Below, piece by piece: positions 1 to 10,519 of a stretch of DNA of 53,318 nucleotides. The stretch is taken from IMG/VR virus record IMGVR_UViG_3300033463_000040, positions 1 through 53,318 of that record. The stretch is one strand, 5' to 3'. This DNA comes from a virus (Duplodnaviria; Heunggongvirae; Uroviricota; Caudoviricetes). A program made the position numbers and the translations under genes. A model generated the notes under the pieces. It searched no databases. It was not told the DNA's origin and was given only the letters and a program-made list of their open reading frames with translations. How positions within the stretch are numbered: position 1 is the first letter of the stretch; each line of letters opens with the position of its first letter.

Positions 1-3000
1 GTAATAATGGATCGGAAGATACCGTCATTACTTCTTCAGATACTGGTGCACCTGTAACAATACCAAAACATGCACCGTTATTTTCTGTAGTAGCATTTTC
101 AGTGGTATTTCCTGTTATATCTTTACCAAAGTAGAATGATTCAATGATTGTTTGAATAAATACTACTGTAGAAGCAAGATTATAGAATTGTTCAACAAAT
201 GTATCTATGTATGAATTAAAGTCAACACCTGCTGGTAATTTCATTTCTAGATTAACATGATTAGTTGGATACCATTGAGAACCTCTATCCCATTTAACCC
301 ATTCTAACCAAGTACCTTCGATTTTATCTGTAATTAAACCATAATCAATAACTGTTTCTGGGGTATCTGAAATATTACCATAATCTATATCTGGAAAACC
401 TACTTGCCAGAAATATGGCGAATTTGGTGTACCTTCATTTATATAACCATAGTTTGTTTGATTAATACGATATTCTTTTTGAATACCTTCACCTTTAGAT
501 GGATCAATTAATTCATCTTGTGTATAAAAATCAATATAGCATCGATCTTCATTCTTTTGTGTAGCCCTTAAAGAATTTACTGTTAATATACCATTTGTTC
601 CAGTATCTACACTTGCTGGTTCATTAGTAATATTTAAGTAATCTATTCCACTCATCGGTGAAAATATACCGAAAACTTTATTTATAGATCTATCAATTTC
701 TGTTATGGTATAGGTAAAGTTTTTAGATGGATCGGTATTATTATTTTTAAATACATCTCCAATCTTCATATATGCAATATCACCTAATAATTCAATTTTA
801 TAATTATTTTTTATAAAGTGTGAATCTATATCTACTATAATTTTAGGATTTGCTTTAGATAGGATTGTATAAGTATTATTAAATGGATACCAACCTTTTG
901 AAGGTGTATAATCCCAATAAGTAGCCGATCCGTTTTTATGTGCAGTAGCTATAAATTGTGAAATTGTTTCTTTATATCCACTTGGTAATGTATCAACAGT
1001 AAAGAATTGCTCATTGTCTATAACTCCACTTGTATCTCCTGTGATTTCGAAGCTATAACTATGCTTTAATCTCCAAATTTTGATCCAGCCATCTTTACCT
1101 TCTTCTGACCAGAAACTTCCATATGGTTGTGTACCTTTTCCACCTTTTCCACCTTGACCACCGGCTATGTTATATCCACCACCGCCGCCATCACCACCCC
1201 AACCACTTTTTACTGTGGTACGATCATATACATAATTCTCATCATATTTTCCCCCTTGAGCTATCCATGCGTTTAATTGTGCAACTATAGAAACCTCAGT
1301 GTCACCTCCATTACCACCACGAGCTTCTATAATAGTTTCACCCTCGACTTCTATACCCGAAGAACCTCCTCCTTGACCTCCTGCGTAAAAATATGTTGGA
1401 TAATAGTCAAAGAATCCGATTTCATGGTAAAGCATACCCATTTTACCATCATGATAACCACTACCTTTAGTTTCGGCATTTGTTCCACCATGTCCCATTG
1501 CAAATACTTTACCACCGCCTTGACCAACTTTTCCAGTAATTGTAGTTGTAGAAGTAAATGATTTATAAATAGTTTTTAATTCTCCATTATATCCATTGTA
1601 GGCTTTTATATCATTTACTATATCATAGCGTGAATCTCCTGCTGCCCCTGCTCCACCTGCACCAGCTACTTCAATTAAATATGTACCTGGTTCTAGTACT
1701 AAATTAATACCTTGCCCACCTGTAGTCCATTCTCCAATTAAATATTTATCTTCTTCAATGTGACTAGCTGTAACTTTTAATTGTAAAATATTAGAATGAT
1801 TTAAATAAAAATCTAATGCAGAAAGACTAATTCTATTATAACCACTTTTTGGATTTGGTGTAAATCTAATAATTTTACCATTACTATCTACTTCATCTAC
1901 AATTAATGAATACTTATTAGTATGATTAGTAAATTTTTGACCCACAGAAAAGTTAACATTTCCATCATCTCTAATCGACCAATCATAATCATAAGTTGTA
2001 TTTGGAGTGCTAATATTAAAGAAGGCAGATATTCCACTTTCTAATGGAAAATCACCATTAGTTTCAGTATAACCATCTAAAGTTTCTTGTGTATAACCAA
2101 TTCGAGCTCCTTCTTTAATACTTCCATTTCCATCTACATCTGTAACAATAATATCGATAGGATCTCGATCTGTGATAGCACGTAAATAATCACCAACTTT
2201 ATAACCACTACCACCGTTTCCTGTATCTATTTTTGTATTATAACTCCAAATAGTTCTTTTACTTTTATTTACACTACCTAATGGTGTAAATAATTGTTTC
2301 ATATTAATTAATTTTAAATCATTTTGTAAAATATTAACAAGATTATATGAATTTCTTGTACCAACTATTCTATAAAATTCTGTTAATTCTTCTATTAATT
2401 CTCTACGCTGTTTGTGTGTTAGTGTTTTAATATTTCCATCAAAACCTAATAACTTTAGTAAATTATTAATTTGAGAAGAATCTACTTTTTGAATTGATCT
2501 ACTATTTTTTAATCTTTGAATACTATCTTGTAATTCATCTAAAAGAATTCTTTGAAAGCAGGATAATATTTCTGGTAAAAATGTGTATCTTTTATCGAAG
2601 ACAGATAAATAATTTAATATACTTGTAGTTTCAGGTACTTCAATATAGTATTGATCTTTTGTAAATTCATAATAAGAAAAAGGCTGTATTTGTATTGCTT
2701 TTAATTGCTGATTTTCATAATTGGTATCAACTATAACAGCAATACCATTACAAAGTTTAGAATAAAGTATAAAGCCAGGTCTTAAATCATCAATGAGTAA
2801 TTTAGTTTGATCTTTAAATTTTAAAATTAAATTATATAATTTTGGTATTTTTACATTAAAATCATCATATGGACCATAAGTTAAATATCCAAAACTTGTT
2901 GTAAAATTAACAGAAGTTGTGTTATTATTAACAAATTTTACAATTTCAAAATATTCTATTTCGTTTAAAGTTTCTTTAATATTTAATTTTATTACATTTG

Positions 3001-3628
3001 GTTCGGCAATGTCTTTTTGAATAGCATTAAAAGGAACTTGTACACCATTAATAAATAATAATGTATTAGCTTTATCATATACTACTGGTAAAGATAATAA
3101 AAAATCTTGCTCATTTCTAACACTATATGCATTATTTTGATCTCTTTTAACTAAATTAAAAATTTCATCATGATTATATGAATTTCTAATAAAATTAACT
3201 TTACTTGAATATATTACTATTTCAAAAGTTTTGTCTGGGGTATCACTATATGGTTGTGTAAATGTAATAGTACCACCATTGTTATTATTATTACTTGGTA
3301 TAATAGTATATGCAGAAGATAGCTGTAATTCACCATCAATAAATACTAATACTTGATTTAATTCAACAGGGGTACCATTAATATCTATATTCGGTAAAGT
3401 AGTATTAGGTTCATACAAACCTGTTCTGAATAAGTAAGTATTTGCTACACCATTATTAAAATAGACACTCAAAGTATTTAAACTAGTATCTATTAAATTA
3501 ACTTGGCTATTAGCAATACTATATTTATCATTTGCTAATATTTTACCGTCACTAAAACACAAAGTGGCTTGATTAGCTTGTGTTACACTTAATGTACTAT
3601 TTACAGATATTTTATTGAAATCAGACAT
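1..3628 (-). CDS. Baseplate wedge protein (T4 gp7 / P2 gpI-like) with Gly-rich and beta-rich accessory domains; runs off the left edge (at least 1209 aa)
   Basis: Absent from the ORF track. Manual translation from ATG at 3628 (overlapping the TAA of the gp6-like gene) stays open to base 2. Contains LPEILSCFQRILLDELQDSIQRLKNSRSIQKVDSSQINNLLKLLGF...ELIEELTEFYRIVGTRNS and GAGGAG/GGQGG Gly-rich blocks. Baseplate context. Confidence 0.7.
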   Translation of the reverse strand, partial: MSDFNKISVNSTLSVTQANQATLCFSDGKILANDKYSIANSQVNLIDTSLNTLSVYFNNGVANTYLFRTGLYEPNTTLPNIDINGTPVELNQVLVFIDGELQLSSAYTIIPSNNNNNGGTITFTQPYSDTPDKTFEIVIYSSKVNFIRNSYNHDEIFNLVKRDQNNAYSVRNEQDFLLSLPVVYDKANTLLFINGVQVPFNAIQKDIAEPNVIKLNIKETLNEIEYFEIVKFVNNNTTSVNFTTSFGYLTYGPYDDFNVKIPKLYNLILKFKDQTKLLIDDLRPGFILYSKLCNGIAVIVDTNYENQQLKAIQIQPFSYYEFTKDQYYIEVPETTSILNYLSVFDKRYTFLPEILSCFQRILLDELQDSIQRLKNSRSIQKVDSSQINNLLKLLGFDGNIKTLTHKQRRELIEELTEFYRIVGTRNSYNLVNILQNDLKLINMKQLFTPLGSVNKSKRTIWSYNTKIDTGNGGSGYKVGDYLRAITDRDPIDIIVTDVDGNGSIKEGARIGYTQETLDGYTETNGDFPLESGISAFFNISTPNTTYDYDWSIRDDGNVNFSVGQKFTNHTNKYSLIVDEVDSNGKIIRFTPNPKSGYNRISLSALDFYLNHSNILQLKVTASHIEEDKYLIGEWTTGGQGINLVLEPGTYLIEVAGAGGAGAAGDSRYDIVNDIKAYNGYNGELKTIYKSFTSTTTITGKVGQGGGKVFAMGHGGTNAETKGSGYHDGKMGMLYHEIGFFDYYPTYFYAGGQGGGSSGIEVEGETIIEARGGNGGDTEVSIVAQLNAWIAQGGKYDENYVYDRTTVKSGWGGDGGGGGYNIAGGQGGKGGKGTQPYGSFWSEEGKDGWIKIWRLKHSYSFEITGDTSGVIDNEQFFTVDTLPSGYKETISQFIATAHKNGSATYWDYTPSKGWYPFNNTYTILSKANPKIIVDIDSHFIKNNYKIELLGDIAYMKIGDVFKNNNTDPSKNFTYTITEIDRSINKVFGIFSPMSGIDYLNITNEPASVDTGTNGILTVNSLRATQKNEDRCYIDFYTQDELIDPSKGEGIQKEYRINQTNYGYINEGTPNSPYFWQVGFPDIDYGNISDTPETVIDYGLITDKIEGTWLEWVKWDRGSQWYPTNHVNLEMKLPAGVDFNSYIDTFVEQFYNLASTVVFIQTIIESFYFGKDITGNTTENATTENNGACFGIVTGAPVSEEVMTVSSDPLL

Positions 3629-6600
3629 TATTTATACTCATTGTTAAGAATATCATTAATAATCAAGTTTTCTGCAGGTAATGTTAATAACTCATATGGC
3701 AAGCAGGTAATGTTATCAGAAGGAGTAATAACATTAAAGCGTTTAATTCCTTTAATATTATTTACTGTTTTCCATATATCTGATACATTTAGTGTACTAC
3801 CAATTGAGAAAGGTTTTAAATCAAACATTTGGTTAACTGCAGTGATAATATTATTTTTAACTTCTTGATATGTTACAATATTCTCATATTCTACATTTAA
3901 TTCAATTTTAATATTTTTAATATGAGGTTGTTTGAATTCAAGATATGTAGTAAAGTGATTATATTTATTTATAATAGGTAAATCAAATGCTTGAATATCT
4001 GTATTTGAATAGAAATTACCTGTATAACTACCGTATACATTTACTGTACTTGTAGATGTAATTGTAATTTTACCACCAGATCCAGAACCTACAATGTTTG
4101 TTAAATCCCCACCTGATACTTTAATACCACTTTTACCTCTTAAAATATAACTAGGATAAGTAGTATCTGTAGCTAAACTGATTAAATAATCTTTTGAAGT
4201 AATATTAATTATTTGTATTTGGAATATATATGTAGTATTATCAATAATTGTTGAATATTGAACAATATTACCAGTGCGATATTGATTTTCTTCTGTTAAT
4301 CCACTAATCTTAACATCATATTCATAATACTGCATAGATTCGGGTAAACCTAATTCTTTAGTCAAGATAGTATCGTTTTCAACATATGCTCCATCTCTAA
4401 ATAAGAACACTTTATCATTATATAATGTAGTGTTTAATACAGAAGTAGCATTAAAATATGCATTTGTTGTAGTATTATCAGATTTTATGCTAGAAATAGC
4501 AGTAGTGTTTGTAGCATCATAGGCAGTAATATACGAAGTCGTATCTAATGCTGTAATACCACCACTACCATTTACTGTCTTAACTTTAGCTATAATAGCT
4601 GAACCATCTTCTACATAAATCTGTGGAGTTTTAGTGCTATAAACATCAAATTTGGCACCTGTACCATGACCTATATAACTACCTGGATCCATAGAAATAT
4701 TACTTGCCGAAGCCATATTATCACTGCCATATTTATTTAAACCAATAAATTCAGCAGATTTAGCTCCACCAAAAGCATCTACTTCTGTAATAATAGCGTC
4801 TTTACCATTAAGTTTAAATGTTTCACCAACTAAATAGTTACTACCATTATTTTCAGCATATCTTTGAATAGTATAAAAATAATATTGTAAGTTTAATTTA
4901 TCGCCTACTGTAAATCCACTACCTGCTGTTCTTATACGTACTGTAGTATTAAATGTATTACTATCATGAACATGATATATCTTGCCAATATCTGGTGTTA
5001 TTAGATTACCATTTTTATCTGCTAACCATCCACTACTTAATTGAGGTATACCAGGAATAGTATATGCTTCAACTACATTACTTGCAGAAACTATAGGTAG
5101 ATTTAAATTAATTGCATTATTTTTTGTATAATTAATTGTAGAGCTAGATTCTTTATAAATGGCTTTAATTTGGTTTAATGCTACAACTCTTGGTGATTTA
5201 ATAGAAGAATCTTTAATAGTATAAACTTCAATTAAATAATGTTTATATCTAGCCCAGTCATATAATGTACCATATAAAATTACATTACTACCCATTGGAA
5301 CAGGTGTAGCAAATGTAAGTGTACCAGCATCTTTATCTATTGAATATTCATTTGCAGGCTTCATTTCTTGATTTACTTTTACTGAATAACTGTATTCTTC
5401 TTCTAATAAAGAAGGAGAAATTACAAATACAGATTGTGGTGTATCTGCGCATTGTTCTGATAAATCTTCATTTTCTTCAATAGCTGTACCAGGACTATAT
5501 ACATTTGTAGTAACCCAATCAGAGAAACTGTTTAAAGCAATATCAGTATCGAAAATATGCATACCTGTTAATTTTTGCCATTTAGTATTGTTTTTTACGT
5601 TATCATAAGAAGCATTGTCTTCATTTGTACCATAAATAGCAAATTGATGCATAAACTTACGATAATTTTCACTTGTAGAAGGAGATTTAAATGCAAATCC
5701 TGTAATGCTTATTTTCTTTTGGAAATCTAATTTTATTTGGAAAGGATTATCAAAAGTAATTAAGCTTGGTTGTTCATCTTCAGTTACACCACTACTAATA
5801 AATTCTTTTCCTTCCATATTTAATAATGCAGGGTTATTACTTGATTCTACCAATTTTTGATTAGTATCAATGGCAACTGTATCTGTAATTAAATCATTTA
5901 AAGGATAAATTTGTGATTCAAAATTAACCAAATTAGAATTTACACTTGGATCACATACTAAAATACCTGTTCCATCATTATCACGATATTTTACAGATAT
6001 TGGTAAACCATCACTATCAAAAGAAGAAATATCAATTATATAAGACCCTAAGAATCCACGAGCACTATTAATATTACCTTCAACTGAATATACTGCAGAA
6101 GTCGAATAATTGATTTCTGTAGGACTGATTTCAATTAATTTAACAGGTTGTAAATCATATTTTTGAATAGATTTAATACCTGTATAATAAACCATGTTCA
6201 TCATGATTTTATCATAACCACCTTGAATTGCGGCTTCTTCATATTCGCCCCAAACGTTAGTGGTTAAATATCCACAATGATTTAGTAACATTGTTTTATA
6301 ATCATTACGTCTAATTGCTCTTTGTCCAGAAGCAAATGTGTAAGGAGAAGACTCGCGTAATGTTTCAATAGATTGAGTATTAAATCCACCTGAAGCAGTA
6401 GTAATCGCAGTAATATCAACAGTTAATTGTTCACGCGTATTTTGTGAATTAGTATAATAAATTGGTGTGGTTAATTGAATATCTAATTCGTTATTATTTA
6501 AATTACCATTAGCCCCTTCATTAGTTACATATTCAATGCGAATAGTTGAATTGGTAGGTGGAATTAATCCATTGGTATTATTACCAAATTTTACATATGT

Positions 6601-7248
6601 TCTACCATCTGCATCTGTTTTAACAATTACTACTTGGGTTTCTGCTGCAATAGAAGTATCTGTTACAACATATGGTAAAAATGAATCAGTGATTTCCCAT
6701 TGTACACCATTCACAAATACTTTTACCATATTTGTGTTGCATCTAAAATCATCACAGAAATAAATTTTTTCACCAGAAATACCAGATGAATATTGTTCAA
6801 CTGTTTGTAATGTACCTTGTACTAGTTTAACATTATATAAACTATTAATTTCTAATGGAAAAACAATTGAATCAGGATTAAAGAATAATAAATCTTCAAC
6901 TTTAAAAGTAGATCCAGCTGGAATAATAATATTACTAATACCTTTTAAATTAGTACGTGTGATATTACAATATACTTGAGAAGAAATATTACCATGTAAT
7001 CTATTACCAAGAGTTTCAGCTAATTGATAAATACCTGCTTCTGAAAACGCAGAGTCCATATACATATTAGCCATACTAGAAACTAATTGATATTGTAACA
7101 TGGAGCCATAACTAGCCAATACATTTACTAAACTAGTCGCTGTATCAGAAGGATAAATGGCTTTAAATGTACTTGATTCTGCATTTAAACTATCTGCAAT
7201 AGCAGTTTGTAATGTACCATAATCATAAACTATACTATCTAATTTCAT
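3628..7248 (-). CDS. Baseplate wedge subunit, T4 gp6-like, with a large central insertion
   Basis: gp6-type N-terminus (YDYGTLQTAIADSL...LVNVLASYGSMLQYQL...YMDSA), ASGG...ESSPYTFASGQRAIRRNDY motif and C-terminal IELNVEY...FDLKPFSIGSTLNVSDIWK; lies next to the gp25-like gene. Confidence 0.8.
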   Translation of the reverse strand: MKLDSIVYDYGTLQTAIADSLNAESSTFKAIYPSDTATSLVNVLASYGSMLQYQLVSSMANMYMDSAFSEAGIYQLAETLGNRLHGNISSQVYCNITRTNLKGISNIIIPAGSTFKVEDLLFFNPDSIVFPLEINSLYNVKLVQGTLQTVEQYSSGISGEKIYFCDDFRCNTNMVKVFVNGVQWEITDSFLPYVVTDTSIAAETQVVIVKTDADGRTYVKFGNNTNGLIPPTNSTIRIEYVTNEGANGNLNNNELDIQLTTPIYYTNSQNTREQLTVDITAITTASGGFNTQSIETLRESSPYTFASGQRAIRRNDYKTMLLNHCGYLTTNVWGEYEEAAIQGGYDKIMMNMVYYTGIKSIQKYDLQPVKLIEISPTEINYSTSAVYSVEGNINSARGFLGSYIIDISSFDSDGLPISVKYRDNDGTGILVCDPSVNSNLVNFESQIYPLNDLITDTVAIDTNQKLVESSNNPALLNMEGKEFISSGVTEDEQPSLITFDNPFQIKLDFQKKISITGFAFKSPSTSENYRKFMHQFAIYGTNEDNASYDNVKNNTKWQKLTGMHIFDTDIALNSFSDWVTTNVYSPGTAIEENEDLSEQCADTPQSVFVISPSLLEEEYSYSVKVNQEMKPANEYSIDKDAGTLTFATPVPMGSNVILYGTLYDWARYKHYLIEVYTIKDSSIKSPRVVALNQIKAIYKESSSTINYTKNNAINLNLPIVSASNVVEAYTIPGIPQLSSGWLADKNGNLITPDIGKIYHVHDSNTFNTTVRIRTAGSGFTVGDKLNLQYYFYTIQRYAENNGSNYLVGETFKLNGKDAIITEVDAFGGAKSAEFIGLNKYGSDNMASASNISMDPGSYIGHGTGAKFDVYSTKTPQIYVEDGSAIIAKVKTVNGSGGITALDTTSYITAYDATNTTAISSIKSDNTTTNAYFNATSVLNTTLYNDKVFLFRDGAYVENDTILTKELGLPESMQYYEYDVKISGLTEENQYRTGNIVQYSTIIDNTTYIFQIQIINITSKDYLISLATDTTYPSYILRGKSGIKVSGGDLTNIVGSGSGGKITITSTSTVNVYGSYTGNFYSNTDIQAFDLPIINKYNHFTTYLEFKQPHIKNIKIELNVEYENIVTYQEVKNNIITAVNQMFDLKPFSIGSTLNVSDIWKTVNNIKGIKRFNVITPSDNITCLPYELLTLPAENLIINDILNNEYK

Positions 7249-7253
7249 GCTGA

Positions 7254-7667
7254 TTACTCTCTTGTTATAGTAGTACTTAAACTACTTACTGTATTCGATC
7301 CGATTAAACGAAATTCACAATTTACTTTATATGTATTTTTATCTATTTGTATAATTGAAATATCACCTCTAGATAAACTAATACGGGGTTCCCAATTAGT
7401 AATATCCATATATAGAAATGTTTCAATTTCACTAACATTAGCTATATTTTCAAATAACAATGAATATAAACTAGATCCATATTCACGATTAAAAGGATTA
7501 CTACCTTTTGGTGTCATTAATAAACGTTCAATACCTTGCTTTATAGATTCTATATTTGCCACTGTAGGATATAATTCATTTACACTACTTTTTGGTAATA
7601 ATTTACCAAGTAGTGGATCGGTATAAACTTTATTTAAAAAATGGGTATTTAAATCGTTATAAGCCAT
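7254..7667 (-). CDS. Baseplate wedge protein, GPW/gp25 family
   Basis: IKQGIERLLMTPKGSNPFNREYGSSLYSLLFE...ITNWEPRI signature. Confidence 0.85.
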   Translation of the reverse strand: MAYNDLNTHFLNKVYTDPLLGKLLPKSSVNELYPTVANIESIKQGIERLLMTPKGSNPFNREYGSSLYSLLFENIANVSEIETFLYMDITNWEPRISLSRGDISIIQIDKNTYKVNCEFRLIGSNTVSSLSTTITRE

Positions 7668-7709
7668 GATTTGTTAAAAATTTTATAAGGGAATTCTTGT
7701 TAAATCTTT

Positions 7710-7721
7710 ATAAAATAGAAC
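7710..7721 (-). promoter_or_regulatory. Phage-specific promoter motif GTTCTA
   Basis: Minus-strand GTTCTATTTTA in the gap upstream of the gp25-like gene; the motif recurs upstream of many genes. Confidence 0.55.
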
Positions 7722-7765
7722 TTATAAATTATAATATATTTAATAAATAAAATCTAATTTATAAT

Positions 7766-8290
7766 CTATTTTCCTGCAGCTAATATTGTATTCTTAATTA
7801 CAGTTTGAAATTCAGTAGCCGTAGGTGCTCTTGCCCCTGAATCAAATCCCCAGGTTCTTTCATTCTCAATTTTACAGTTTGGTCCTAATTTATCTGCCAT
7901 TATATTTACATTAGTTTTTGCAGCAGGATTTGTTTTCATTAAAGCAGTAACAGATATTGTTGAAGATCTAGTTTCATTATATGTATAAGTATATAAATTA
8001 TTAGCTGTTTGGTATGCTTTTGCTTCGCTTTCCGAATTAAAAGATTTAGGTGTATCATTTATAGTAGTACCATTTGGATCAACTATTATTGGGTTATTAT
8101 TTGGCACTGCTTCTTTTATTAACCAGCCTTGTTTTTCACCACTGTCTATTTTTAACGCAAAAATATTAGATGACATTGCTGCGGTTTTTAAAGCACTTTT
8201 TATATTGTCTAATGGTATTCCTTTAACTGAAATACTATTAAGTTTACTACCCAATTTTAGCATTAACGATAATCCAGCTGCCATAGACAT
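7766..8290 (-). CDS. Hypothetical protein in the baseplate cluster
   Basis: 174 aa ORF abutting the spike gene; no motif recognised. Confidence 0.55.
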   Translation of the reverse strand: MSMAAGLSLMLKLGSKLNSISVKGIPLDNIKSALKTAAMSSNIFALKIDSGEKQGWLIKEAVPNNNPIIVDPNGTTINDTPKSFNSESEAKAYQTANNLYTYTYNETRSSTISVTALMKTNPAAKTNVNIMADKLGPNCKIENERTWGFDSGARAPTATEFQTVIKNTILAAGK

Positions 8291-8293
8291 ATG

Positions 8294-8944
8294 TTAATTT
8301 TCTCCAACCATTGTTGAACTCGGACCTGGGAAGATACCTGGATGAGTATGCGTCATTAAACCAATTGAACCTTTGTTTGCTCTTACATCACTTTCTGATT
8401 TTATCATACCAGTAACATCTAGAGTACCGTTTATTTTTACATTACTTTTTATATTTGTTGTAGAAGCAGTTAAATTAACATTACCATTTACAATAATATT
8501 CATTTCTTCAATTTGACTTATGTCTATTTTACCTGCCCAAACTAATTGTAATAATCGCTGTACTTTATCTAATTTAATAAAATTACCATTTTGATCAAAT
8601 ATACCATAACTATTTAAATAATTATTACTAGAAGGAGTACTATTCGTTTTTTTATATAAACAACCTAAATAAACTAATGAATTAATATTATTACCGACCG
8701 CTAAAATTAATACTTTACTTCCAACTTCTGGAATAGAATGTAATATTGTAGATCCATCTATACCCATAAAACTACTATCTACTTTAGCTGCCCATGGTAA
8801 TTGATCTGTAGTTACTGTATTAGAATGAATTTGGTCTATTCTTACTTTTACTCGATAATTATACGTAGGATCATTATTATCTTCTACGGTACCAATAAAA
8901 AAAGGATTCTCATATTTTTCAAAAGTATTATCTAATTGATGCAT
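8294..8944 (-). CDS. Baseplate central spike (gp5/gpV-like, OB fold plus beta-helix)
   Basis: FIGTVEDNNDPTYNYRVKVRI...LPWA OB-fold start, beta-repeat region (VNGNVNLTA, INGTLDVTG) and terminal THTHPG metal-binding HxH. Confidence 0.85.
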   Translation of the reverse strand: MHQLDNTFEKYENPFFIGTVEDNNDPTYNYRVKVRIDQIHSNTVTTDQLPWAAKVDSSFMGIDGSTILHSIPEVGSKVLILAVGNNINSLVYLGCLYKKTNSTPSSNNYLNSYGIFDQNGNFIKLDKVQRLLQLVWAGKIDISQIEEMNIIVNGNVNLTASTTNIKSNVKINGTLDVTGMIKSESDVRANKGSIGLMTHTHPGIFPGPSSTMVGEN

Positions 8945-8958
8945 ATAATTAACTCCTT

Positions 8959-10110
8959 TTAATATGTTTCTCTTGTAAGAGCTTGACCATTTAATCCTTG
9001 CATAGTTAATTTGAGGGTAGAAGTAACAGCTTGTGTAGTTATACGAATATCAATATTTGTAATAATATAATTACCAGTAGCCATATTTACAGTATTTTCA
9101 ATATCTTGGCTATCCATTAATGCAAAGCTAATAACTTGTCCTAGTTGATAATTCATTAAATATTCACATTGTAAAATAACATTTGTAGAATATGTAGATA
9201 ATATACGAGCATTTTGTTTTCTTGCTAACCAATAATTTTTGTGGAAATTGCCTACATCAAATGGATACCAATTTGTAGCTAAGCCTTGTGATAGTTCTTT
9301 ACTAATATTAATTAAATTACTTTCTGCTACTACTTTTTTTGCGGCTGGATATTTCCATTGATAAGCTACTGTATCAAAATATTTATCATCACCACCATAA
9401 CCTTCGTGTAATAAGTTTTCTGTACCAGAAGGAATTGTAACTATAGCTGAAGAATACCCATAAATTTTATTTTTTTTATTATATAATCGTGGAAGTTGTG
9501 TAAACATCCAATTACTTTTACTTTTAGTTTTTAATATATTTGTTAAATTTTTATACATTAAGATTTTGTGCCTATCAAAACACCAGAACATAGCAGAAGT
9601 TTCATCAACCCAACCAAACTTTGTTATATTCCCTAAATGGTTATATAAATTATTAGTTCCAGATGCCCACAACTGATAATCATTTGTTTGATCAATATTA
9701 CTTGCTAATTTAAATTGTCTTGCAACTTCTTTAAATACATCAGAACTTGATCCATATAGATTAAATTGCGAGTAATATCTATAACCCGGATGAAAATCTA
9801 ATATACCATTTAATTCTATTTTACAAAACTGTTGATTAATACTAATTTCTTTAATATCATATAATCTAAAATATAGACTTTCAGCTAATTCATATAATTC
9901 TGATTTAATATCAAATCTAATACTTGTACCATCTACTATTGAACGTTCATTTATCCATACTACTGGTACACTTAAAGTTAGAGTACAATATGGAATAGGA
10001 TCTTCTATAGATTCAAAAATACGTGCATCCAATAAGCTAGTACCAGGCGCTTGAAAAATATCTAAACCATCGATAAAAATATTTACAGTATAAGCACTTT
10101 GTATATTCAT
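8959..10110 (-). CDS. Baseplate hub protein (gp27/Mu gp44-like)
   Basis: 383 aa directly upstream of the spike gene; IFESIEDPIPYCTLTL start and YQLGQVI...GNYIITNIDIRI end. Confidence 0.55.
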   Translation of the reverse strand: MNIQSAYTVNIFIDGLDIFQAPGTSLLDARIFESIEDPIPYCTLTLSVPVVWINERSIVDGTSIRFDIKSELYELAESLYFRLYDIKEISINQQFCKIELNGILDFHPGYRYYSQFNLYGSSSDVFKEVARQFKLASNIDQTNDYQLWASGTNNLYNHLGNITKFGWVDETSAMFWCFDRHKILMYKNLTNILKTKSKSNWMFTQLPRLYNKKNKIYGYSSAIVTIPSGTENLLHEGYGGDDKYFDTVAYQWKYPAAKKVVAESNLINISKELSQGLATNWYPFDVGNFHKNYWLARKQNARILSTYSTNVILQCEYLMNYQLGQVISFALMDSQDIENTVNMATGNYIITNIDIRITTQAVTSTLKLTMQGLNGQALTRETY

Positions 10111-10111
10111 T

Positions 10112-10513
10112 TTAATTTAGCTCAACTACTTTACCTAATCTATTATTATTTGAACTAATATTTTCATTAGTATTATTAATAAAATTACCAATTTGATTAA
10201 TGTCTACGATTGAATATACCCAGTCAGATTTAATATCTGTCATAGGATTTACCAAATTGTTAATAAGTAATACCCACCACCAATACTCTTGATCTGCTAA
10301 TATACTATTCTTAGCAACTAAATCAGGATAGCCATGCTCTTGCTCTAATACATAATAACGCTCGCTATCTGTAAATTTATTTTTATAGTCATTATACTGT
10401 ACATATAAATTCTTTAAACCGGCATTTATATCTGTAACAGAAATACCATTGTTATCAAGAATTCTATCTTGAAAGAAAGAGCTAAAAAGAACATTATTTT
10501 TATTTTTTATCAT
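10112..10513 (-). CDS. Baseplate wedge protein gp53-like (LysM-type)
   Basis: YYVLEQEHGYPDLVAKNSILADQEYWWWVLLINNLVNP matches the gp53 pattern (PDL..A..lYg....WW.ll..N.i.dP). Confidence 0.75.
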   Translation of the reverse strand: MIKNKNNVLFSSFFQDRILDNNGISVTDINAGLKNLYVQYNDYKNKFTDSERYYVLEQEHGYPDLVAKNSILADQEYWWWVLLINNLVNPMTDIKSDWVYSIVDINQIGNFINNTNENISSNNNRLGKVVELN

Positions 10514-10519
10514 TTAAAT

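Noticed and set aside
1100-1700. GC-richer repetitive CCACC/CCTCC tract
   Set aside because: It is the Gly-rich coding region of the minus-strand baseplate gene, not a separate repeat or CRISPR array
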